Positions 30,608 to 38,220 of a stretch of 64,000 nucleotides of DNA are shown here, piece by piece. The stretch's first letter is position 1; each line of letters starts with the position of its first letter. Below the pieces are notes generated by a model. It did not search any database, had not been told where the DNA came from, and worked only from the letters and a program-made list of their open reading frames with translations. The DNA comes from a candidate division WOR-3 bacterium (lineage in GTDB: Bacteria > Hydrothermota > 32-111). The position numbers and the translations under genes are program-made. The DNA lies in contig JBDRZU010000001.1 of the NCBI GenBank assembly GCA_039804105.1, positions 160,001 through 224,000 of the forward strand, in the 5' to 3' direction.

Positions 30608-31247
30608 AGATTTAAGAAAAAAGATGGTAGAACAACAGTTAAAAAAAAGAGGTATTAAAGATGAAGAACTTTTAAAGGTATTTGAAGAGATACCAAGAGA
30701 ATTTTTTTTACCAAAAGAACTTGTTAACCTTGCTTACGATGATTCTCCCATTCCTATAGGTTTTGGACAGACGATTTCACAACCTTATATCGTTGCAAGG
30801 ATGACTGAACTTTTAGAGGTGAAAAAAAATGATAGGATTCTTGAAATTGGAACAGGTTCAGGTTATCAGGCAGCGATTCTTTCAAAACTTGGGAAAGTTG
30901 TTTTTACTATCGAAAGGATAACAGAATTAAAAAAATTTGCAGAGTCAAATTTAAAAAAACTTGATATAAAAAATGTTTTTTTAGTTACAGGTGATGGAAC
31001 TATCGGTTTATCGAATTATGCGCCTTTTGATAAAATAATTGTTACTGCGGCATCTCCACAGATACCGAAAAACCTTGTTGACCAGTTATCAGATAAAGGT
31101 ATAATGGTTTTGCCATTTGGAGATATATCTTTGCAGGTGTTAACGAAAGTTATTAAGTCAAATGGTGAAATAAAAGTTGAAAAATACGACTACTGTAGAT
31201 TTGTGCCTTTGCTTGGTAAATATGGATTTTTTGAAAACGGGGTGTAG
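30597..31247 (+). CDS. pcm: Protein-L-isoaspartate O-methyltransferase
   Basis: GQTISQP, LEIGTGSGYQ, APFDKI, RFVPL; surE-pcm synteny. Confidence 0.97.
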   Translation: MSFEDLRKKMVEQQLKKRGIKDEELLKVFEEIPREFFLPKELVNLAYDDSPIPIGFGQTISQPYIVARMTELLEVKKNDRILEIGTGSGYQAAILSKLGKVVFTIERITELKKFAESNLKKLDIKNVFLVTGDGTIGLSNYAPFDKIIVTAASPQIPKNLVDQLSDKGIMVLPFGDISLQVLTKVIKSNGEIKVEKYDYCRFVPLLGKYGFFENGV

Positions 31248-31313
31248 CGCAGATGGAAGCGCGCTTGGTTCGGGACCAAGAGGTCGCTGGTTCAAGTCCA
31301 GTCACCCCGACCA
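31238..31313 (+). tRNA. tRNA-Pro (anticodon CGG)
   Basis: Cloverleaf: acceptor CGGGGTG/CACCCCG, D-stem GCGC/GCGC, anticodon stem CTTGG/CCAAG with loop TTCGGGA, T-loop TTCAAGT, 3' ACCA. Confidence 0.97.
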
Positions 31314-32831
31314 AATGCAACTTTTATCAATTTCTGGGTGAGGATATTTGCTCGCTTGCCTCGACTTCGGCTGCTCGCTTCGCAAATTCCCTTATATTTT
31401 GGGATTAAATCAAATGGACGGACAAAATCAAGAATTATTTTTCTATCAAGCAGGCGGCGGTTCGTTCCAATTTTTTCTACGAACGATTTAATTTCATCAA
31501 AATCGTTTGACGAAGCCAGTTTTTACGCTTGATAAGCGGATAAAATCCAATCTATCAATGGTTCAATCCAATTGTTTCCCTTTCGCCCCAAATTAGCCTT
31601 TTTCTGCAGAAGGGTAACTTTGACTTTAATGAATTCTTCTTTTTTAGCAGTATAAATATCTTTCTCAATTGAACCATCCAAAAAAAAGCATTTAGCAATC
31701 TATCAAGTTTTTGTTCTATTTCTTTAATTTCCTTTTCCAGATTTTTGGCCAAAGATTGCAAAGACTGGATATTTTCTTTTTCCCATATCTCAACTTGTGC
31801 CAACATCTTTTCTTTCCACTCTTCGCAAAGAGCGACTTTTGAGTTTTTTTATAATTTTTCAACTAGCAAATCTTCTCTTAGATATCTTTGAGAGCAAGGA
31901 CCGACCTGTTTTGTGCAATGATAGTAGCGGTATGTTCCGTCATTGCCATGCGCCCATTTCGCTGTAATTGCCGCGCTGCACTCACCGCATTTAAAAAGTT
32001 CGGTGAATGGGAAATAATGTCTTTTTTTCGAATGGCGTGGCTTAGTTCGGTTTTTCAAAACTTCCTGCACTATCTCAAAAGTTGCTCTGGAAAAAATTAG
32101 TTTAAACTTATCCTCATAAGTTTCACTATTGTGGACAATCAAGCCAATGTAAACTTTATTAGTTAACATTCTTTGGATTGTTGCTTTACAAAGTGGCTTT
32201 CCGTTTTTACTTATCACGCCCCAAAATTTAAGCTGTTCTCCTAAACTTTCTAAAGTATGTTTTCCATGGCTATATTCTTCAAATGCCCTTTTAATTATTT
32301 TTGATTTTACTGGGGCTAGTTCTATATTTCTTGTTTTGGGATTGTTCACATAGCCAAACGGCGCAAGTTCGGGCCATTCTACGCGTCTCAATTTTTGTCT
32401 AATCCCGCGTTTTACATTTTCGGACAAATTATCGAAGTAGTATTTACTCTAGCCAAAGTCGACTTGAAGCATAAAAAGTCCTTGCGGAATTGGCTCAAAC
32501 CAAAATGTAGGAAAACGCAAAGAAACGATCTTGCCAATATAAATAAGATAAATAATTTGTCCGCTATCAACACTGTTTCTAGCTAACCTGTCTGGATGCC
32601 AGGCCAAAATCCCAACAGGTTCTTTTGATTCATAAATTTTCTGTATCATGTTATTAAAAACTTCTCTTCCGAGTTCTTTGCACTTTTACTTTCAATAACC
32701 TTTTCAGCAATAAAAAGATTTTCTCTTTTAGCGTATTCCATCAACTCAGTTAATTATGCTTCAATGGACATCACTTGTTTTTCTTCATCTTCTGTTGATT
32801 TGCGAGCGTAAGGAAAATATTTTATTTTCAT
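31302..32831 (-). pseudogene. Large serine recombinase, multiple stops and frameshifts
   Basis: ATG 32831 MKIKYFPYARKSTEDEEKQ..(TAA); DRLARN; PFGY; CGEC/YYHC zinc ribbon; coiled coil; 3' end runs into the tRNA. Confidence 0.92.
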
Positions 32832-32952
32832 ATGTTTTCTCCTTAAATTTTAAAAACTGGCTTCGTATTTCCACCAAAGGCGGAAAAGAAAAAATTGAAA
32901 ACAAAATTTTCATTTTGTGCGTTGCTTTGCAACGTCGAACTGCCGTTGGTCG

Positions 32953-33131
32953 CAATTACTGAACGAAGCACGAACATATTTTGAACAAAATCATGACTAA
33001 CATGTTAGTCGCCTTCGTCGACGCACATCCACCTCCTACCCAACAGAAGCGGCGGGAAAAAATTCCTTCCCTCAGACCCGTTTCCTTTTTGCCGCCCGCC
33101 ATGCCCGCTTCGCGGGCGTGCCGCCGATTTT
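32953..33131 (+). repeat. Left arm of ~180-bp imperfect inverted repeat (att-like site plus GC-rich hairpin block)
   Basis: Reverse complement of 36527-36706; manual alignment 54/65 in block 32953-33017 and about 90% in block 33051-33131. Confidence 0.93.
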
Positions 33132-33156
33132 TAGGAAAGAAAAAATCAAAAAACTC

Positions 33157-33185
33157 TTGACATTATTAAAATAATTTTGTATCAT
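33157..33185 (+). promoter_or_regulatory. Promoter for the cargo operon
   Basis: TTGACA-17nt-TATCAT upstream of the XRE gene. Confidence 0.65.
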
Positions 33186-33227
33186 AATTATAAATTGTTA
33201 TTACTGCATATATACATCAATACTATA

Positions 33228-33446
33228 ATGTCAAAAGAGATTTCGCAAATGGGTAAAAATATAAAAAAATTAAGAGAACAAAAAGGCCTGTCCCAAGATT
33301 GGCTTTCTAAAATAGCTGATAATTCCTATAACACAGTCATAAAGTTAGAGTCGGGCGATATTACCAATCCCTCAATTGACACGCTTCAAAAATTAGCCAA
33401 GACTCTTAATGTTTCCGTTGATGATTTATTGAAAGTGCCAAAATAA
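33228..33446 (+). CDS. XRE-family HTH regulator (possible R-M controller protein)
   Basis: GKNIKKLREQKGLSQ..L.....KLESG...NPSIDTLQKLA..LNVS. Confidence 0.9.
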   Translation: MSKEISQMGKNIKKLREQKGLSQDWLSKIADNSYNTVIKLESGDITNPSIDTLQKLAKTLNVSVDDLLKVPK

Positions 33447-33450
33447 AAAT

Positions 33451-34503
33451 ATGAACGATTACAAAGAACGAAAATATTTATCTTCGATAGAGGCTGCCAA
33501 GTATTTAGGTATTACCGTTGAAATGCTACATAATTTAGTTAGATCAAAAAAAATCAAATGTATTATTGCAGCAAGCGGACAAAAACGCTTTGATTTAAGA
33601 GATTTAAAAGAATACGAAAAAACAAATCTTAAAATAGATAAAGAACATATTAAGGAAATAGAATTGCCTGTGGAAAATGTATTGAGCATTAATAATACTA
33701 TTCAAAAAATCTTTATTAAAAATGCTATGAGCATGGATGAATTAAAAGATGATTCAATCCATTTAATGGTTACTTCACCGCCTTATTTCGATGCCAAAAT
33801 GTATACTAAAAAACCGATCAAAAACGATTTAGGTAATATACATGATCTTGATGAATGGTTTGAGAAAATTAGTGCGGTTTGGAAAGAGGTCTTTAGAGTT
33901 TTACAGCCGGGGAGAAAAGCATTCATTAATATCATGAATTTACCTGTAAGAGACAATGGAGGATTTAAATCTTTGAATTTAGTTGGTAGCACTATAGATA
34001 TAATGGAGAAAATTGGATTTATCTTTAAAAGAGATATAGTGTGGCATAAAACTCATGGTGTTAAAGCACATTTTGGAACTTATCCATATCCAGGCGGAAT
34101 TCTTATAAATAATATGCATGAATTTATTTTGGAATTTAATAAACCTGACAAAAAGGGATTTAACAAATATGGACATCTAACTAAAGAACAAAAAGAAGCA
34201 TCCAAACTTGATAAAGAATTTTGGTTATCCCTTAAAAATACTGATGTTTGGCTTATGAAGCCGCAGAATAGTGGTGATAACCGTTTACATGTAGCCCAAT
34301 TTCCTTATGAGTTACCTTATAAAATAATTAAAGCATTTACCTTCGTTGGCGAAACAGTATTAGATCCATTTTTAGGAAGTGGTACAACCTTAAAAGCAGC
34401 GGCAGATTTAAAACGAAATGGTATTGGTTACGAGATTGTTCCTGAAATTGCAGAAACAGCGATAAAAAATTTAAACAATTATCAAAGTAAATTATTTGTC
34501 TAA
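33451..34503 (+). CDS. Beta-class amino-DNA methyltransferase (N4-C/N6-A) with N-terminal excisionase-like HTH
   Basis: LSSIEAAKYLGI HTH; motif IV TSPPY precedes motif I DPFLGSGTT. Confidence 0.93.
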   Translation: MNDYKERKYLSSIEAAKYLGITVEMLHNLVRSKKIKCIIAASGQKRFDLRDLKEYEKTNLKIDKEHIKEIELPVENVLSINNTIQKIFIKNAMSMDELKDDSIHLMVTSPPYFDAKMYTKKPIKNDLGNIHDLDEWFEKISAVWKEVFRVLQPGRKAFINIMNLPVRDNGGFKSLNLVGSTIDIMEKIGFIFKRDIVWHKTHGVKAHFGTYPYPGGILINNMHEFILEFNKPDKKGFNKYGHLTKEQKEASKLDKEFWLSLKNTDVWLMKPQNSGDNRLHVAQFPYELPYKIIKAFTFVGETVLDPFLGSGTTLKAAADLKRNGIGYEIVPEIAETAIKNLNNYQSKLFV

Positions 34504-35632
34504 AATTATGAAACAAGACGCAAAAACAATTTATGCTCAATCAAGCGATATTAAGTCTAGAACTTATCTAGAATATCGCAAAGATATGAAACAAAAAGCC
34601 ATTGCAGAACTAGAAGTTTTACCTTGGCTACGAGAGAAAGTTAAAGAGAAAGATAAAAAGGCTACAGTAGAAAAATTTGGTGGGGATAAATTTATCTGGT
34701 TTTTGAGAAAGGGAGGAATTACCAGAGAACCTGATTTTGTCATTAGATATTCGGACGGAAAAACTAAATTCGTTGAATTTCAATATGCAAAAGAAGAGCT
34801 AAATGCTTATGATTTTAAAATTTCTAAAATAGCTCCCCGAGATAGAACTCTAAAGAAAAGAGTCCCTAAAGATGATACAGAAATTTTATATGTTATAAAA
34901 CCAACTAACAAATTCGCTATTTTATATCCTTCTTGGATAGTTAGAAATTCAAAAGAAACAGTAGCAGCAGCATGGGGCAACGCCCCAGTATTTAGAGTAC
35001 CCGCTAATAAATTCAAAAAAGTTTTAATGACAGATAATAGCTTAAATAAAGTTTGTGACTCTATAGATAAAAAAATAGCAATTTTAGAATTTCAACATAA
35101 AGCTATTGAAATTGAAAAAGAAAAAATGTCCTACCTATTACAACAGGTTGTTGATGAAAAAAAAATTTTGAAAATAATTCCTCAAACATTAGATGGTTTT
35201 TTTAAGGTTTGTTTTATACTCAATCATCTAGAAAAAATTCCTATTAATGCTAATTTATGGCTTATCTACCTTTTGTCTTTTTTGAATACAAAATTAAACT
35301 CCCTAGAATTATTTCAGTTAATTTATAGTTTAGATTTTCTTTATTTAAAAATTGAGTTAAAAGAAAACGAGTTAAATAAATTAGTCGAAAGCTTAAAAGA
35401 GATTCAAAATCAGATTAATGAATTTTCAAAACCAGATGGTTCATATCAATCCGATAAAACTATATCGCCATTAGAAGATACAAGATATTCATTATTCTCA
35501 ATAAATATTCTTGAAGATTTAATACAAGATGTTTTGTATTATTATGGAAACAAAGTTAATTTGAAGCCCATTACTAGAATTTATCAAAATGTTTCAGATA
35601 TAGAGAAAACCTTTGAATTTATTTCAAAATAG
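34496..35632 (+). CDS. Putative restriction endonuclease with helical C-terminal extension
   Basis: PD-(D/E)xK-like REPDF...VEFQ; abuts or overlaps the MTase end; start may be 34508. Confidence 0.55.
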   Translation: MSKIMKQDAKTIYAQSSDIKSRTYLEYRKDMKQKAIAELEVLPWLREKVKEKDKKATVEKFGGDKFIWFLRKGGITREPDFVIRYSDGKTKFVEFQYAKEELNAYDFKISKIAPRDRTLKKRVPKDDTEILYVIKPTNKFAILYPSWIVRNSKETVAAAWGNAPVFRVPANKFKKVLMTDNSLNKVCDSIDKKIAILEFQHKAIEIEKEKMSYLLQQVVDEKKILKIIPQTLDGFFKVCFILNHLEKIPINANLWLIYLLSFLNTKLNSLELFQLIYSLDFLYLKIELKENELNKLVESLKEIQNQINEFSKPDGSYQSDKTISPLEDTRYSLFSINILEDLIQDVLYYYGNKVNLKPITRIYQNVSDIEKTFEFISK

Positions 35633-35634
35633 GT

Positions 35635-35994
35635 ATGGAAAATAGAATTAAGCATTTAGAATTTATACAATCTATAAATCAACAGAATGGCTAATAATTC
35701 ATTTATAATGAAAGTCTGGTCGATAACTTTGATTGCGGTTTTTTTGCTTTATCCTCAAAAGATGCTAACAAAAATTATATTGTCATTTCTCTCTTGCCTG
35801 TTATAATTTTTTGGATTCTAGATAGATATTTTTTATCTAGAGAAAGAGCATTCCTTTGTTTATATAACAAAGTAAGAAATTTACACGTGAAGGATATTGA
35901 TTTCTCTTTAGATATTTCAGAATTTAGAGAGCGAAAAAATAATTGGTTTCTGTCGATTTCTTGCATACAGTTTTATTTTTCTATGCTTCTTTAA
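35635..35994 (+). pseudogene. Frameshifted multi-TM protein of a family I recall being encoded beside TIR genes
   Basis: MENRIKHLEFIQSI /fs/ NRMANNSFIMKVWSITLIA /fs/ ..FWILDRYFLSRERAF..LY..VR..IDFS. Confidence 0.75.
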
Positions 35995-36036
35995 TAGATG
36001 TTATGTTAATAATTTCATATCTAATCAAGTAAAATT

Positions 36037-36528
36037 ATGGCAAGACGAGTATTTTTTAGTTTTCATTATGAAAGGGATATTTGTCGAGCAAGCCAAATTA
36101 GAAACAGCTGGATAACAAAACCAGACAGAGAAACCGCTGGCTTTTGGGTCGCTGCTTCGTGTGAGGAAGTAAAAAAGAAAGGCAAAGAAACAATTAAACG
36201 ATGGATTGATAATCAACTCAATGGCACATCTGTTACGTTAGTGTTAATAGGAGCTGAAACCAATGAGAGCAAGTGGGTTAGTTATGAAATTCAAAAAAGT
36301 TATCAAATTGGAAATGGTATGTTGGGTATTTATAATCGTAATATGAAAGATCAGTATGGACGAACTTATTATAAAGGTAAAAATCCATTTTATAATTGGT
36401 CTATTACAAGAAATACTCAAAAAATTCTTCTTTCATCTCTTTATCGGACTTATGATTGGGTTTCTGATAATAGATATAAGAATTTAGTTGATTGGGTAGA
36501 AAAAGCGGCGAAAGATGCTGGAAGATAA
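36037..36528 (+). CDS. TIR-like protein (MTH538/DUF1863, Thoeris ThsB-like)
   Basis: RRVFFSFHY..D, TSVTLVLIG.ET..SKWV.YEI with catalytic Glu. Confidence 0.9.
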   Translation: MARRVFFSFHYERDICRASQIRNSWITKPDRETAGFWVAASCEEVKKKGKETIKRWIDNQLNGTSVTLVLIGAETNESKWVSYEIQKSYQIGNGMLGIYNRNMKDQYGRTYYKGKNPFYNWSITRNTQKILLSSLYRTYDWVSDNRYKNLVDWVEKAAKDAGR

Positions 36529-36706
36529 AATCGGCGGCTCGCCCACGAAGCGGGCATGGCAGGCGGGCAAAAAGGAAGGGGTCTGGGGGAAGGAATTTTT
36601 TCCCGCCCTTTAGTTTTGAGTGTCGCGGGGGCGACCGTATTCGAAGACGACGCAAAGATTAGTCAGAATTTTGTTCAAAATATATTCGTGTTTCATTCAG
36701 TAATTG
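36527..36706 (-). repeat. Right arm of ~180-bp inverted repeat, includes predicted attR half-site
   Basis: Reverse complement matches 32953-33131; encodes QLLNETRIYFEQNSD* on the minus strand. Confidence 0.93.
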
Positions 36707-36782
36707 AGAAAATTTTTAAATTTCTTTGTTTCTTGACACTTTTCATGATTTAAATAAAATCAAATTTTTAAAAGGAGGTAAT

Positions 36783-37361
36783 ATGAACAATAAATTTTTC
36801 ACATTTATTAAACCTTATCTTGCATTCATCGACAATGGAGATTTCTTTAAAAAACCATTTTTATGGCTTTACACAATTTTAGCGTTAATCAATCTGATTA
36901 TTCCTATTTATATTCTTTATGAAGCAATTGACAACAAGATTTTTGATGCTGGGGCAAAACATGTTTTTATATTTTTTATAGTTTGGTTGATAATAACTTT
37001 TGCAAGTTGGGTCAGTTTTCAGTTGTGGTGGGATAGAAGGTTTAAAGTTGTTTCCATATCGAAAATGGGGGACGATTTTGTTGTGATTCCAATATTTTCA
37101 CATTTTGTTCAAACAGCAGGGGAATGGATAGGAACATGGCTTGGTATCGTTGGTTTTTTTAGTTCTCTTCTTGTGTCTTTATTTATTGGAGAAGAGGGTA
37201 GTAATTTTATGCAAAATTTAAACCTTGGTTTTTTGAGTTTGAATTTCATATTTATTATTTTAATGCCTGTAATTGGTTTTCTGATAATAATTGTAACAAG
37301 ATTTTTATCTGAACAGTTCAAAGCGATTGCGATGATCGCTAACAATACGAAAAAAAGTTGA
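36783..37361 (+). CDS. Hypothetical multi-pass membrane protein
   Basis: AGGAGG SD before ATG 36783; about 4 hydrophobic helices. Confidence 0.75.
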   Translation: MNNKFFTFIKPYLAFIDNGDFFKKPFLWLYTILALINLIIPIYILYEAIDNKIFDAGAKHVFIFFIVWLIITFASWVSFQLWWDRRFKVVSISKMGDDFVVIPIFSHFVQTAGEWIGTWLGIVGFFSSLLVSLFIGEEGSNFMQNLNLGFLSLNFIFIILMPVIGFLIIIVTRFLSEQFKAIAMIANNTKKS

Positions 37362-37385
37362 AAGATTGAAAAGTTTAAGATTTAC

Positions 37386-37411
37386 AATGGGGGTGTTATA
37401 AAACCCCCATT
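37386..37411. terminator. Probable bidirectional intrinsic terminator
   Basis: AATGGGGGT-loop-ACCCCCATT hairpin between convergent genes. Confidence 0.7.
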
Positions 37412-37426
37412 CTTTATTAAAAAAAT

Positions 37427-38161
37427 TTAAAAAAATTGTTCTTCGATCTTTTGAATATTTTCTTTTATCAATTTTTCAATCTCTTTTATCACAAGTTCTG
37501 AATATTTTTTACATTTTGTTTTATTAAGATCAATTTTCCCGCCATTTTCAGAGTAAAGTATTGTTGAAGCAGGTGATGGTATAGATTCAAAACCTTCTAT
37601 AGAAATATTGTAAAGATTTTTATCGTTAATATATTTTTCATTTATCTGTTTATCATCTATGATTTTTACCATCGCTGTTTCATCAACTCCACCATGTCCA
37701 CCTTCCTTACCAAAAACTTTTTTACAGAAAGGATATCCAATGATCCACCAATGGATTATAAAGACAAACATTCCAGTTTCTAAAAAGATTTTCTTTTTTA
37801 AATTTGAAAGAACTTTATTGTTGCCACCATGTCCATTCATAATGATAAGGTATTTAAAATTTTCCTTTTTCATCGATAAAGCGATGTCAAAAATTAATTT
37901 TTCAAAGGTCTCATCTTTTAATGTAACAGAACCTGGATATGGTAAAAGTGAAGATGTGATCGAGTAGTGAACAGGCGGGTAGATAAGCCCATTGAGTTTG
38001 TCAGCAAGTTTTTCACAAATATATTCGGGGATTATCGTATCTGTTCCATTTGAAGTTATCGAATGTGCTTCAAGAGTTCCTATTGGAAGAAAAGCAATAT
38101 CACATTTTTCTTTCAATTTTTTTATATCTCTCCAGTTGAGTTTATCTATTCTTCTTTCCAT
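37427..38161 (-). CDS. Creatininase family protein
   Basis: PIGTLEAH, GTD, NGHGGN, GHGGVDET. Confidence 0.92.
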   Translation of the reverse strand: MERRIDKLNWRDIKKLKEKCDIAFLPIGTLEAHSITSNGTDTIIPEYICEKLADKLNGLIYPPVHYSITSSLLPYPGSVTLKDETFEKLIFDIALSMKKENFKYLIIMNGHGGNNKVLSNLKKKIFLETGMFVFIIHWWIIGYPFCKKVFGKEGGHGGVDETAMVKIIDDKQINEKYINDKNLYNISIEGFESIPSPASTILYSENGGKIDLNKTKCKKYSELVIKEIEKLIKENIQKIEEQFF

Positions 38162-38220
38162 AAACACTCCTTTTTCTCTATTATACTTGTTAATTTTAAA
38201 AAATCTATTATAATTTTTTT

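Larger units (their letters stand above)
31309..36709. mobile_element. tRNA-Pro-integrated serine-recombinase element carrying defence cargo (decaying)
   Basis: Begins at tRNA 3' end; contains recombinase pseudogene; predicted crossover GA at 31309-31310 and 36708-36709 rejoins the recombinase tail in frame. Confidence 0.8.

Noticed and set aside
31302..32831. Stop-codon recoding as the explanation for the broken recombinase
   Set aside because: Breaks include TAA stops and several frameshifts, and neighbouring genes use the standard code
31338..32962. Plus-strand short ORFs over the recombinase (31338, 31888, 32395, 32756)
   Set aside because: Antisense to the recombinase pseudogene
36621..36645. 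Minus-strand TTCGAATACGGTCGCCCCCG resembling a tRNA 3' end (possible att duplication)
   Set aside because: Wrong orientation for a direct att repeat, only partial identity to tRNA-Pro, no CCA and no cloverleaf
36404..36753. ORFs 36404..36655(-) and 36556..36753(+)
   Set aside because: Shadows of the GC-rich inverted repeat; no protein motifs
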